Positions 13,941 to 28,293 of a stretch of 64,000 nucleotides of DNA are shown piece by piece. The notes beneath the pieces were generated by a model. The model saw nothing but the letters and a program-made list of their open reading frames with translations, was not told where the DNA came from and did not search any database. Made by a program: the position numbers and the translations under genes. Source of the DNA: Squalus acanthias. Taxonomy: Eukaryota. The DNA lies in the NCBI GenBank assembly GCA_030390025.1, contig CM059432.1:5146001-5210000 (forward strand), given 5' to 3'. Each line of letters opens with the position of its first letter. Position 1 is the first letter of the stretch.

Positions 13941-14710
13941 AAACTCCAGCTCTGTCATTCAGTAAAGATATCAAAGTTGGTTTTACAGTACAGCTTAAAA
14001 CTATGCCCTGGTCCGCTATCTACAACAGTTTACCAGGGCTTGATGTCAACACAGACATCTCCAGAAATCAGTGAGTATGACATTGAATATCAAGGCCATT
14101 ATTTTTTTTAAACTGGACAAAATCAGTTATTTACACAGCTGGTCCTGCTGCATTTGCTTCAGAATTCAACTAATTGGTCATTAATGCAACTCAAATTAGA
14201 AGAGCTTTGTTTCTCAGCTTAATAAGTTTTCTGAACTTTACAAAACACACAAAAGCTACAGCAGATGTGTAATCAGTGCAGTTTAAAACACACAGCTTAT
14301 CTTTAAAAACACAATATAAACTTTACCTTAATAAAACTTTTGAAATGTGTCTTCGAGCTCATGACGAGTTTCAAAAACAACTGAACAGAAATGACTAGAA
14401 GCTAAAAGAAAAAAAAATTCCAGCAGTTCAGTAAATGAGATGATACTGATACACCCCAAGAACTCAGATATAAATCTGCATTCAGCTCAAAGTCACAGCA
14501 TGGGGAGAGTGCAGGGGAGGCGATGGGGAAATAGCAACTACAAGGCCAGACTTTTCAAGAGAGGCTGAAAACTCTAAATGAAGATATTAAGAGTCAAAAA
14601 TGACAAGTCAATGGGTACATTTCATCAGATTGTGAAATAGGTTTTTAATATTTTTTGATGTAAACCTTATTTTCAAGATTGGAAATTTTCAGTTACTGAG
14701 AAACAAGATA

Positions 14711-15031
14711 CAGGAAACTCTTATCCGGCACCGACGGGACCGGCGTGGTGCCGGTTGATCAAAAAGTCCGGATTACAGAGAGGTATACTTACCAAGGTAC
14801 GAGAGCCCCGTACACGGCCACAGGTGCAGGAGCCCTGGTTACACGGCACTTGTGCAGGAGCCCCAGTTCCGCGGCACTTGTGCAGGAGTCCCGGTTACAC
14901 GGCCACAGGTGCAGGAACCCCGGTTACACGGCCACTAATATATAGTAAAACTTACCTGAACCTACTCCTGAATTTTGCCGGTTAAGAGAGATTTCCCGAT
15001 ATTTAGGTGCCGGTTAAAAGAGAGTTTCCTG
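14711..15031. mobile_element. Tc1/mariner-type MITE with internal ~29-bp tandem repeat
   Basis: TIR CAGGAAACTCT, TA TSD. Confidence 0.85.
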
Positions 15032-17235
15032 TAGTAGAAAAATTTACCCCAGCAAGCATTGGGTCATTTTATATTGTGACCGTAGAGCCAACATAAAATT
15101 GAATGGGAAATGTGTGCACATGGATTTACAATAGAAAAGTTGACAAATATTGTGACAACTATAAGGTTTGTGGACAGGAAGTGCAAGAATTTTTTATACA
15201 TATACACGTATAGTTGATCACAAAGGGGTCAAGACCAGTGTGACTCTCAGCGCCTCCACTGCCACTGGTCTTAATGTGACCACATGATGTTTCTTCATTT
15301 AAAAAGCTAGTGTCTGTAATTGAAAACCTATTTCACAATCTGATGAAATGTACCACAGAGCTTCAATAAAAGCCAAAATTACCAGGATGAGAATACTCCA
15401 AGTTAACCAGCACTATTCTGGATTTATGCCAATATTACCTAGGAACAGATCAGATATCATGTTTTTCCTATTCTGACCATGTACTACAGAAACTATGCTG
15501 AATAAGACATGCACCAATAATATATAACGGCCCGGGAGAAATATAAGATTTTGTAAAAGGGGCGTAAGCGTTGCTTAGTAAAAATTTACAATTATGCTTC
15601 TACCCAGTAATATGGCCATGGAACAGAATTATCCAATTAGTCAGGTACAAACAAGTATCACTCATTGACCTCTTCCCCCCCCACCCTTCTGCTCCTCAGT
15701 TCATTTGCACTGAGCCAGCAGATGTCTGATGAGTGATCTACATTGCAACATATGCACTGCACATATCAAGTGGTTATGTTCTCTAACACACTAGGAAAAA
15801 ATATCCAGTATAAGAATCCACAGACTTGAGCAGTTGGTTTGGGCTGGCACTCCAGTGCTGGGGAGAGTGTTGTCTTTCAGATGGGACGTTGGACCCAGGC
15901 CCCATCTGCCCTCTTGCGTGAAAGTGGGGGGACCCCATGGCATTATTCGGGGAGGATCTCCCCGGTGTCCTGACCAACGTTTGTCCCTCGCTCAGCATCA
16001 CTGGGGCAGATTGTCTTGTCAGGATCACATTGCAGTTTGTGGGAGCTTGCTGTGCGCACAGTGGCCAGCATGTTTCCTGCATTACAACAGTGACAACACT
16101 TCAAAAGTACTTCATTGGCTGTAAAGGGCTTTGGGACGTCCTGCGATCGTGAAAGGCGCTATAGAAATGCGAGTCTTTATTACCTTCTGTAATTCCCCTT
16201 GCAGCCTCATTCATTGCCTGCTACAACTGCAAACACATTGAAGCTACACAGAACCAGTTTGTGCCCTGAATCCCAGCTAATTGTTTTAACTGTCACTCTT
16301 GCGGGCAAGTAGACTGGCAGGAGCTACAGCAGGCACTGCCACCCTCCGTAAGCCAGTCCCATCTCGACTTAAACAACAGGTAACTGGCTGATGCAGGCTC
16401 GGAGTGGGAGACACCGACACTCTTAAAATAAAAATCCAATCATTCTCAGGATGTGGGCGTCGTTGGCAAGGTCGGCATTTATTGCCCATTCCTAGTTGCC
16501 TTGAGAAGATGGTGATGGTGGGCCACCTTCTTGATCCAATGAAATTTTTTGTAGTGGTTTAATATAACTTGATGCAGTTAAGGGAAAGCTAAATGAGCAT
16601 ATGAGGGAGAAAGGGATAGAAGGTTAAACTGAGAGGATGATGGAGGGGTGGGAGGAGTTTCGTGTGGAGCATAAACACCGGCATGAACCAGTAGGGACAA
16701 ATGGCCCATTCCTGTGCTGTAAATTCTATGTAATTCTACATAATTCATAAATCAACCACAGGTGCAATATCCACTTACATATTCCCAAGCCCTACATACT
16801 GTACATGAATTTTGTATTATCTTCAAATCTTACAGTAGTTTTTAAATTACTTCACCTTACTGGCTGCACTATTCAACTCACCAGATATCGATAAGGTTGT
16901 ATAGAAAAGTCTTCAAATTTTACACAACTTTCAAGGAGGCAACAGAAAAAAAATGGCTTGGCACTTCCAATATTTTCTACACTGCACGGCTTTCCAAAAA
17001 CAAAGTAACTCCAAAGTCTGAACACTCAGTTCTGAATCAAACTGGATTAAATATAAAGCTTCATAACTTACACTAGAAAGTAAACATAAGAAATAGGAGT
17101 AGGCCATTCGGCCCTTCGAGCCTGCTCAGCCATTCAGTATGACTGATCTCTGCCTCATCTCCACTTTCCTGCACTATCCCCATTTCCCTCGATTCCCTCA
17201 ATATCCAAAAATCTATCTCTGTCTTGAATATACTC

Positions 17236-17362
17236 CTGACTTCACCTGACGAAGGAGCAGCGCTCCGAAAGCTTGTGATTTCAAATAAAGCTGTTGGACT
17301 ATAACCTGTTGTGGCGCGACTTCTCACTTTTGTCCACCCCAGTCCAACACCGGCATCTCCGC
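17236..17362 (+). mobile_element. 127-bp Penelope family A pLTR insertion with hammerhead (17242-17278) inside a CR1
   Basis: TCAC-CTGACGA-A-GGAGC(AGC)GCTCC-GAAA-GCTT-GTGA, flanked by 10-bp TSD GAATATACTC. Confidence 0.85.
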
Positions 17363-18786
17363 GAATATACTCAACAACTGAGCATCCACAGCCCTTTTGG
17401 GTAGAGAATTCCAAAGATTCACAACCCTTTCAGTAAAGAAATTTCTCCTCATCTCAGTCCTAAATGGCCGACCCGTTATTCCGAAACTGTGACCCCTAGT
17501 TCTAGACTCGCCAGCCAGGGGAAACATCCTCCCAGCAGCTACCTTGTCAAGCCCCTTAAGATTATATGTTTCAATGAGATCACCTCTCATTCTTCTAAAC
17601 TCTAGGGAATAGAGGCCTAGTCTACTCAATCTCTCCTCATAGGACAATTCCCTCATCCCAGGAATCAGTCTAGGTGAAACATCGACCACAAACCTCTCAC
17701 AACAACTCATTTAATCTAGCTCAAAAAACATGGCCCCAACTCAGAACTATCAACACTGCAGAAATGCACCAACACAGCAAATGAGCAAACCCATCACCAG
17801 CTATAAAAACTCGAAAATGCAAACTCCCTTGCAATGCATTTGGGTCAACATTTAAACTGCGAAGATTTCTGAGGCATCATCCTCCAGATTATGCTCTGGT
17901 CATTCTATTTCCCCCATTAGCCTGGTGCCAAGTTAGTTAGAATTAGCAAAAGACTTGCATTTCTAAAGCCCCTTTTTCGACCCCAGACATACCGAAGAAC
18001 TTTACAGCCAATGAAGTACTTTTTGAAGTGCAGTCACTGTTGTCATGTAGGAAACGCGGCAGCCCATTTGCAGACAGTAAGTTCCCACAAACAGCAATGC
18101 GATAATGACTGGATAATCAGTTTTAGTGATGTTGATGGAGGGATAAATATTGGCCAGGACACAGGGGATAACTCCCCTGCTCTTCTTCGAAATAGTGCCA
18201 TAGGATCTTTTACGTCCACCTGAGCGCGCAAACGGGGCCTCGGTTTAAGACAAGCGCCAGCTTACAAGTAACAATGTGCTGATCCCTTTAACTGTTTTAC
18301 AAACATTCAAAAAAGTACAGGAAAAGACCATTCGACCCATCAAGCCTGTCGCTTTTCTCTACTTTCATGCTGCATTTATTTTTTTATATAGTTTTTTGAT
18401 GAAATTTTGGTTCTCATCAAGGTGAGAGATATCCATTTGTCAAGTACAGTCGGCAGGTACAAGCTAGAAGCCCATACCTACAAAGAACTAGGTTTAAACT
18501 CAGTTTAAATATATAGTCCTCATAGACAAAGGGATGAAGGCCATCAGTCTGGGCTGAAATCAGAAAAAGGACTATTGGAGAATCACTTGCATGAGCAATG
18601 CCTCAATGAAAAATGTGACAATGCTTTTCCCTATAATGAATGACCTAACAAAATAGTGTACGAAAGTCTGGTATTTAGAGCTCCTTAGTAGATGAGAATC
18701 ATATGTATAAATTTAAGTGCAGCCATTGACCAACTAATTTTACATCTAATTCCCTGTGGGTATGGAAACATTAAGGCTTGCTCGAA

Positions 18787-19569
18787 TGTAGTCGCAAGGA
18801 CAGTTAGAAGCAGTTTTGACTAAGCTCTGATAAACAGCCACAGGCTGCGAGTGAAGGTTAAATTGTTAAATAACATTATAATGCTAAGTAGGAATTAGAG
18901 TTCGCTTAACAAAACTAATGGCAAAGATAATGAAAAGTTAATTAGAATAAGGAACATAAAATGAGAGAAATCATGGGAGTTAAGGTATCCATCTGGTAGA
19001 CCGAAGTGAGATAGTCTGGATACCGTCAAGACTAGCGAGACAGCGCTGACATGGGCCCCTTGGTACAGAAAGGTCTTGTACTGCTTGTACCAGGGAAGCT
19101 AGAAATAAGAACGATAAGGTAAATTTCAATGAGGTGAAGAACGTATAAACAAGATAATGATGAACATGGCAGAGTTGTCGGAAAAATACTGAGCCAGGTG
19201 GGGCCAAGATGTTACCCTTAGTCTGAGTGACAATGGTATGTTGACTATTAGAACCAATTAAAAAAGGCGATTGTTAAAGACCATATATGGACACTGGCCA
19301 AACAAATTTGACAAGAAAAGGGTTAAAACCTCGATACTCAGAACAACTTCACACAGACCTACCACAAGAACAAAGGAACAGACTGAAGACAACGTCACCG
19401 GTGTCCGAAAGGCTCCAGAGACCAAGGGCTGTGAGCTACTCGTTGAACTATCGCCTGTTAAGTATATTACGCTGTCAGTGTAATAAATCTCGATCTATTG
19501 CTCAAACATACTGGCTGCTGCCTATTTGTGTCTTGTCCAAGAACTCTGCAAAATCATTAAGATCTTACA
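18787..19569 (+). mobile_element. Probable solo LTR (left boundary uncertain)
   Basis: TGTAG start and TTACA end with AATAAA ~85 bp before the end. No TSD confirmed. Confidence 0.35.
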
Positions 19570-20209
19570 ATAGCATCCTCAGCTCACCCGTTGATGCTAT
19601 TGCTAACCGGTTAGAGAAAAAAAATGGATTGCGCTAGTTTAGAGAGAAATTTATTCCTCAAGCTGTCAAATCACCAAGAGGCTGGGCCACTTCATAAAAT
19701 CATAAGGGTTTCAGTAGTATTGTAAGAAACATAAAATTTAAGTACAGAAGTTGACAGCCCACAATGACTTTGCAGCCTCCGAATTTTCCCAAAATCTAAA
19801 AACAGTGATATACAACAATGTGATCCAGACAAATGCACTGCACCGAAAAACTTGCTTCAAAGGGAGTACTAAAAGACTAATTTTGCAAGTACTAGTATGG
19901 TTTTGCTCAGTATTTGCTGCAATAAGATAGGAGCGTTATGCAATGCATTTTGTGTTAAATGCTGAGGCTCTTGGGTGGGGTGGGGAGCTCTTCCTGTAAA
20001 TGGGTCTTGTTCTTTCCTACTTCTTCCTGTATGGCAGTCAGTCTACCACTTATTTCTTCCAATGCTCTCTGTATACCTTTTATAATACAACCAATAAGGA
20101 TGCACTGGGTTGCCCCAGTGACATCGACTAAAAACCAAATAAAAGTTTTAAAAGGGGACAACTAATAACAGAACTCATGCACAAGAAAAAAGGAAACTTA
20201 TCCAACTAA

Positions 20210-20540
20210 GTAATAATGTCATTCTGGACGTCCACCAAACACTCCAGTCCTTGCGGTGCCCACCCGATCACGGAAGGCCTCAAGCATACTGGCATACACC
20301 ACATGCTGCCTCTCCAGGGCCACGAAGGCATGGACAAGGCCACAGAAGAGAGGCAGGCAACCCTACGGGCCACGTTCAACCTGAACCTGCAGATGGCCAC
20401 CTTGGCCAGGCCAGAGAGCAGACCCACGAGAAGATCCTCCGACTTGCCCGCCACCCTCCGCACCGGACAGCCAAAGATCAGGAGCGTCAACTTGTGGCTC
20501 CACTTCAGGCTGAGGAGCAGCCTCTTCAAATAGTGGGCTC
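20210..20540 (-). mobile_element. Tx1-like (L1 clade) LINE 3' fragment
   Basis: LLIFG.P...KSEDLLVGLL.GLAKVAI resembles the Tx1 ORF2 C-terminus. Confidence 0.6.
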
Positions 20541-21002
20541 TGACAATTAATGTGGTATCTTTTTCTCTCACTGTGCAAGTTTCTATCTTCCCTTCTATAT
20601 CTCACACACTACTCATGTGCTGTATTTTTGAAGTCAAAGATATATAGCAGCAGGTTGGTAGGCAACATGTACCAGGATTGAGGTAGACACTGGGATGAAG
20701 CAAGGAAGCAGCTGCCTGGAAGGTGATGAAGCGCATACAAGTGAAAGAGAAAGTTGGGATCTGAAAGGGGTATTGCCATTCGTGGGGCAGTAGGGTCTGG
20801 AATCCCTCTTTGTACATATGACGCACTGTGTGTTATGGTGTCCATATCACCATAAATAAATCTTATTCTCATTGTTTCTGATAAGTCTCTCTCCCCTCCT
20901 CCCATCTTACATGTCTCCACTGCCTGATATCTTACTGAACTTTAAAAGGCCTAGGATATGTAGGAAATTGTGAGGCAACATATAGCACGTTGAAGGTTTG
21001 TT

Positions 21003-21458
21003 TAAAATTCATTCATGAGATGTGGGCGTCGCTGGCAAGGCCAGCATTTATTGAGATGGTGGTGGTGAGTCGCCTTCTTGAATCGCTGCAGTCCGTGAGG
21101 TGAAGGTACTCCCACAGTGCGTATACTTCTTTGTAGTGGTTTGGTACAACCGAGTGGTTTGCTCAGAGGGCAGTTAAAAGTCAACCACATTGCTGTAGGT
21201 CTGGAGTCACATATAGGTCAGTCCAGGTAAGGATGGCAGATTTCCTTCCCTAAAAAGGACATTAGTGAACCAGATGGGTTGTTCCAACAATCCAGTAGTT
21301 TCATGGTCACCATTACTGATACTAGCTTTTTATTCCAGATTTATTTAATTAACTGAATTTAAATTCCCCAGCTGCTGTGGTGGGACTTGAACTCTGGATC
21401 ATAAGTCCAGGCCTCTGGATTACTAGTCCAGTAACACAACCACAATGCTACCGTACCC
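21003..21458 (-). mobile_element. tRNA-derived SINE with CR1-type tail
   Basis: Head GGTAGCATTGTGG...GAGTTCAAGTCCC; tail shared with the 12965-13940 LINE. Confidence 0.6.
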
Positions 21459-22290
21459 CATGGGCTGGGAGGATGGGAGAGCGTAGACAAAGAGGACACA
21501 GACTGGATGGAAAAAGAGGAGGAGAACTGAAGCTCAAAGTAATTGCAGGGCTGGGCTCTGAAATGATCTGTAAATTTGCAGTCTCAGCACTCGGACTGAG
21601 TCTGGGAGCAAGCGGGCTGGCCAAAAAGGCACATGGCAGCCAGATAGAAGCATCTGGAGCAGGCAGACAGTCTTGACGAGCGAGTGTACCAGGCAATGCT
21701 TGCCGAAAAGATACGCCAAGGAGACCTTTGCTCCATTCTCAAACCGAACCCCCACCGCGAGTTAATCCTACCCGAAATCTATCTCTCACTCATGCTGGTT
21801 TCCTCCTCAACTATTCACATAAAGTAAGCACTAAAAATATCATGGCTAGTTTAAATCAATCACAAACAGGATGTAAAGGGCTGACTTTAATGAATCATGC
21901 ACTTCGCTCTGAACCTTTCAAAACAATAGCCGAGTCAAAGAAGAAATAGCAGTCGCTTAAAAATGGTTCAGCCAAAAGTATTTATACAATATGAAACAGG
22001 CCAATGTGAAGTCACATTTCAGCTGTCAAGTACTGTACACATATGCCACAAGGAATGCCCACACAACTTATGGAACCCCAAAATTTTCTTAGTCTAGAGG
22101 CTGCAAAATTATACCGTAATTACAAGTAAAGCATGGGAATGCAAACGCTGGGAAAAAATATTCAAGAAACGCTGGCCAAACAAGCTTTCTGTTTTAATTT
22201 CCAACACCTAGAATTAAATGTAAACTTTAAACAGCTTCCAATAAGCCGTGGTGCCAAAAATAATTAATAAACATGAAATTGAGAGCTTAC

Positions 22291-22485
22291 CGCTGATATT
22301 GAGATCGTAATCTCCTGCTGTAATCACATTAGCAACCAATCCGTCTGCAGGCTGACTGGCAGAAACCACCTCGCTTAACAGCTTCCGAATGGCAGTCTGC
22401 TGTGGTGGCTGGGTCACAATGCCGGTAACACTGATCCTCAGGTTTTTAATAACATGGCTCTGGTTGTTGGGATCTCGCATGTGAA
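22291..22485 (-). CDS. TRAPPC8: TRAPPC8 coding exon 2
   Basis: Encodes (V)HMRDPNNQSHVIKNLRISVTGIVTQPPQQTAIRKLLSEVVSASQPADGLVANVITAGDYDLNIS. Pyrimidine-rich acceptor ...TCTAG, donor G|GTAAGC, 195 nt, in phase with exon 1. Confidence 0.96.
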
Positions 22486-24234
22486 CTAGACAGAAAGAAA
22501 AGTAGCAAACAAATCACTAAACAGATTTAATAAATTTTAAAAGTCTCACTGCAGTACCCTGACACTGCATGCTCCAATTCCATACCGATTAAAAAGCTAC
22601 CCGGAGTGCACGGAGACAGCACATTATTACACAAGAGATCCCCACCTCTCTGGAGACCATTCAGCCCATTGTGTCTGTGCCAGCTTCTTGAAAGAGCTAT
22701 CCCACTCCCAGCTCATTCTCCCATAGCTCTGCAACTTTTCTTTTTCAAGGATTTAGCCAATTCCTTTTTGAAAGTTACTATTGAATCTGCTTCCACCACC
22801 CTTTCAGGCAGCTCATTCCAGATCACAACAACTTGCTGCGTAAAAATCTTATCTCCCCTGCGGTTCTTTTGCCAACTATCTTAAATCTGTATCCTCTGGT
22901 TCCTTCCTGCCACTGGAAACAGTTTCTCCTTATTTATTCTATCAAAAGCCTTCATGATTTTGAAGACCTATTAAATCTCCCCTTTAACCTTCTCTGCTCT
23001 AAGGAGGACAACCCCAGCTTCTTTAGACTCTACACGTAACTGAAGTCCCGCAACCCTGGTATCATATGGGTAGGCCATTTAGGACTGAGATGAAGAGAAA
23101 TTTCTTCACTCAGAGGGTGGTGAATCTTTGGAATTCTCTACCCCAGAGGGCTGCGGATGCTGAATCCCTGAGTATATTCAAGGCTGAGATCGATAGATTT
23201 TTGGACTCTAGGGGAATCAAGGGATATGGAGATCGGGCAGGAAAGTGGAGTTGTAGTCGAGGATCAGCCATGATCTTATTGAATGGTGGAGCAGGCTCGA
23301 GTGGCTGTATGGCCTACTCCTGCTCCTAATTCTTAAGCTCTTATGTTCTTATTCCAGTAAATCTTTTCTGCATTCACTCCAAGGCCTTGACATCCTTCCT
23401 AACGTATGGCGCCCAGAATTAGACAATACTCTAGCTGAGGCCTAACCAGTGATTTATAACAGCTTAGCATAGCTTCATTGCTTTTGTACTCTATGCCACT
23501 ATTTATAAAGTCCAGGATCCCGTATGCTTTTTTAACAGCCTTCTCAACTTGTCTTACCACCTTCAAAAGATTTATGTATGCAAACCCCCAGGACACACTG
23601 TTCCTCCACCCCCTTTAAAATTGTGCCATTTCATTTACATTGCCTCTTCTTCCTCTTCCTGTCAAATGCACCCAAAAGCAAATCGAACTATATATCGTAA
23701 AAAAAACCATAGCAGCACATAAATGGTAGTAGTTTAGATTCATGCTTTTTAGTGTGTCGGGAATCTGCTCGATAATTAAACCTAGCAACTTCAATAGGTA
23801 GAAGCAGCAATGAATTCCAACCATTAACAATGATGGGGAGGAACTGGAGAACAAGAGTCAGTATGAAAAAACACGATTAAAAAAAGAATATTTAAATAAA
23901 TCATTGTATTTAGAGGGAAATTAAGCTACATTAAAAAACACAGCATGGATGTAACTATCACATCAGATACTTGTAAACTTTGAGCAGAAATGTAGAAAGA
24001 ACATGGATTTTCACAGCCGAACAGACTGTCTGCCTAGTTTTTATGATTGAATCGGCAACTGTACAAGTAACCTGCAAAGATGAGAATCTGTACAGTGTTT
24101 AAAAAAAACATGCAATTGTGTGAAAGATAATCAACAAATTGTGGAAAATATATAGACAGACACCAAATTAAAATGCACACCTGCAGTTCTAGATGCAAAA
24201 TATCCATTTTGTTTTCTACATTTTGTACACAGAG

Positions 24235-25230
24235 GACATAGACAGGCTGGTGGAATGGGCGGACACATGGTAGATGAAATTCAACGCAGAAACGTGCGAG
24301 GTGATGCAACGTGGCAGGAAGAGTGAGGAGAGACAAAGCTAAATGGTACAATTTTAAAGGAGGTGCAAGAACAGAGACACCTGGGGGTGTTTGTGCACAA
24401 ATCTTTGAAGATGGCAGGACAAGTTAACAAAGCAGTTAATAAAGCATTTGGGACCCTGGGCTTTATAAATAGAGGTCATGATGCGGAGATGCCGGTGTTG
24501 GACTGGGGTGGACAAAATTGAGAGGTCGCACAACACCAGGTTATAGTCCAACAGTTTTATTTCACCTGAGGAAGGAGCAATCGATAGCTCCGAAAGCTTG
24601 TGATTTCAAATAAAACTGTTGGACTATAACCTGGTGTTGTGCGACCTCTCAATTTTATAAATAGAGGCATAGAGTATGAAAGTCAGCAAGTTATACTAAA
24701 CCTTTATAAAACACTAGTTCGGCCCCAGCTGGAGTATTGTGTCCAATTCTGGGCACCGCACTTTAGGAAGGACGTGAAGGCTTTGGAGAGGGTGCAGAGG
24801 AGATTGACGAGAATGGTTCCAGATATGAGGGATTTCAGTTACATGGATAGACTGGAGAAGCTGAGGTTGTTCTCCTTAGAGCAGAGAAGGCTAAGAGGAG
24901 ATTTGATAGAGGTGTTTAAAATCATGAAGAGTTTAGATAGAGTAAATAAGATACTGTTTCCAATGGCTGAAGGGTCGATAACCGGAGGGCACAGATTTAA
25001 GCTGAATGGCAAAAGAACCAGAGGCGACATGAGGAAATGCGCTGCCTGATAGGGTGGTGGAAACAGATTCAATAGTGGCCTTCAAAAGGGAATCCGATAA
25101 ATATTTGGAGAAAAAATTGCAGGGATATGGGGAAAGAGCGAGGGTGTGGAACTAACTGGATCGCTCTTCGAAAGAGCCGGCACAGACTCGATGGGCCAAA
25201 TGGCCTCCTTCTGTGCTGTACTATTCTAGG
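24235..25230 (+). mobile_element. CR1 LINE 3' fragment
   Basis: LYKTLVRPQLEYCVQFW...SLEQRRLRGDLIEVFK. Confidence 0.85.
24476..24653. mobile_element. Penelope family A pLTR fold-back insertion with hammerhead (24562-24603, +)
   Basis: ~49-bp inverted arms flank the hammerhead. 14-bp TSD TTTATAAATAGAGG within a CR1. Confidence 0.85.
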
Positions 25231-28200
25231 ATTTTAACATTTTACTATTTCCTAGTTTAAATAAACTCACTTTTTTTTTTGGGGGGGGGGTGGGGGTGGG
25301 GGGTTAAATCTCAGACTTATTTTTGCTGGGAGTTGAAACATGATACACAAGCATGTGCCCATCATGTGACGTAAAGCACACAGATTACATCAGGTTGTCT
25401 ATTGCCTTAAATATCCAAGAACAAGCAGTGGGGCAACCCACTGTGATGCCTGTAGTGTATGATTCTGTTCTAGTATCACAGGTGGAGACGAAAGTCAGAG
25501 GAGGCCTTATTCAATGACAAACATTCAAATAGCAGCAGCCCATCAAACTCTAAAATCCACTAGTTTTGAAAATTATTTCCATATTAGACAAAGTACCACT
25601 AGGACGCTGAAACTGAGGGAACAAATACAAGAGTGAAGTAATAAAAGTAGGAAATGATAATGCAAAATGTATTTGTTCAGTAAACCTATTTATAATTAAT
25701 AAGATTTTGCGCTGCCTTCAAATATCAGTCTACTACAACTGATGTGTATTACTACCTCTTCCTCGTGGATTCATTAAGACAAACTTCAATGCCAGTACAT
25801 ATTTATCTGCTCGATGCTGCACTTGGGCATCAAGAGAAGCATCACCAATATCAAAGTTGTAGCATGAAGCTCATAAGATGCCAGCATGGACAGTTTCACG
25901 CATTGAACAGATCACGAGTGCATCGATTGCTAAATCTACTGAACTCAATCTAACAGACTATAGCATCATCCTCATATATTTTAGGAAATAAAAATCAAGG
26001 ATTCCATTCCAATCTCCGCTTTCAGTTGTTAGTCCAATTGAATTATTTCTGCAGAAATTAAGATGCTGCATGGTGCTACATGGCGATTAACAAGAAAAGT
26101 AATACAGAACGGCAACTTGGGAAAAGTTTTACTTTAACCTGATTCTTTTGCATAAAGTACAACAACTTGTATTTTTAAGCACCTTTAACGTAGTAAAACG
26201 TCCCAAGGCGCTTCACAGGAGTGTTAAGAAAAAAATTTGACACCGAGCCACATAAGGAGAAATTAGGGCAGGTGACCAAAAGCTTGGTCAAAGAGGTAGG
26301 TTTTAAGGAGCATCTTAAAGGAGGAAAGAGGGGTACAGAGGCGGAGAGGTTTAGGCAGGGAATTCCAGAGCTTAGGGCCTTGGCAGCTGAAGGCACGACC
26401 ACCAACTGTTGAGCGATTATAATCAGGGATGCTCAAGAGGACAGAATTAGAGGAGCGCAGGTATCTCAGGGGGTTGTAGGGCTGAAGGAGATTACAGAGA
26501 TAGGGAGAGGCGAGGCCATGGAGGGATTTGAAAACAAGGATGAGAATTTTGAGAGGCGTTGCTGAACTGGGAGCCAATGTAGATCAGTGAGCACAGAGGT
26601 GATGGGTGAACGGGACTTGGTGCGAGTTAGGACACGGGCAGCCGAGTTTTGGATCACCTCAAGTTTACGCAGGGTAGAATGTGGGAGGCCAGCCAGGGTG
26701 CGTTGGAATAGTCAAGTCTAGAGGTAACAAAGGCATGGATGAGGGTTTCAGCAGCGGATGAGCTGAGGCAAGGGCGGAGATGGGCGATATTACAGAGGTG
26801 GAAATAGGCGGTCTTAGTTATGCCGTGGATATATCGTCAAAAGCTCATTTCAGGGTCAAATATGACACCAAGGTTGCGAAACAGTCTGGTTCAGCCTCAG
26901 ACAAATGTTAGGGAGAGGGTTGGAGTCAGTGGCTAGGGAACGGAGTTTGTGGCGGGGACCGAAAACAATGGCTTCGGTCGTCCCAATATTTAATTGGAGA
27001 AAATTTCTGCTCATCCAGAACTGGCAATTTAGAGACCATGGAGGGTGTCGAGAGAAGAGGTAGTGAGGTAGAGCTGGGTGTCATCAGCGTACATGTGGAA
27101 ACTGACGCTGTGTTTTCGGATGATGTCGCCAAGGGGCAACATGTAGATGAGAAATAGGAGGGGGCCAAGGATAGATCCTTGGGGGACACCAGAGGTAACG
27201 ATGCAGGAGCAAGAAGAGAAGCCGTTGCAGGTGATTCTCTGGCTACAATTAGATAGATAAGAATGGAACCAGGTGAGTGCAGTCCCAACCAGCTGGATGA
27301 CGGTGCAGAGGCGTTGGAGAAGGATGGAGTGGTCAACCATGTCAAAGGCTGTAGACAAGTCAAGAAGGACGAGGAGGGATAGTTTACCTTTGTCACAGTC
27401 ACATAGGATGTCATTTGTAACTTTGATGAGCTGTTTCGGTACTGTGGCGGGGCGGAAACCTGATTGGAGGGATTCAAACATGGAGTTGCGGGAAAGATGG
27501 GCACGGATTTGGGAGGCAACAACACATTCAAGAACTTTGGAGAGGAAGGGAGGTTGCAGATGGGGTGGTAGTTTGCAAGGACGGAGGGGTCAAGGGTTGT
27601 TTTTTTGAGAGGGGTGATGACAGCAGATTTGAGGGAGAGGGGGACAGTACCTGAGGAGAGAGAACCGTTAACAATGTCAGCTAACATGGGAGCCAGAAAA
27701 GGAAGTTGGGTGGTCAGCAGTTTGGTGGGAATAGGGTCCAGGAAGTGGGTCTCATGGACAAGATGAGCACAGAGAGGTCATTAGGGGAGATCGGAGAGAA
27801 ACTGGAGAAAGATGAGAGTTCAGGGCAAGGGCAGGGGGAAATTTTAGAGGAAGTTTGGCCCGGTGGGCTAGGGGAAGAAAGGGAAGCGGCAGAGGCAGCT
27901 GAATGGATGGTCTCAATCTTAGAGACAAAGAAGTCCATGAGCTCCTCGCACATGCTGTCAGAGGGGAGGGTGGAGGAGACAGGGGAGAGGGGTTTAAGAA
28001 GACAGTTAGCAGCGGAGAATAGAAGCCAGGGTTTATCTTTGCATTCCAGATTGATTCTGGAATAGTGAGCAATTTTGGCAGACGAAAGCAGGACCCGATA
28101 ATGCTTTATGTGGACCAGCTAGATCTGGCGGTGAATGGCTAAACCAGTTGTCCGCCATATCCGTCCAAGTCTGCGTCCCTTGGACTTAAGGGAGCAAAGA

Positions 28201-28234
28201 TGAGGGCCGTACCAGGGGGAATGGCCAGGGTGTG

Positions 28235-28293
28235 AGAGGAGAGAGGAGAGAGGAGAGAGGAGAGAGGAGAGAGGAGAGAGGAGAGAGGAGAGA
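28235..28293. repeat. (GAGAG)n pentanucleotide microsatellite
   Basis: ~11 direct copies visible. Confidence 0.9.
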
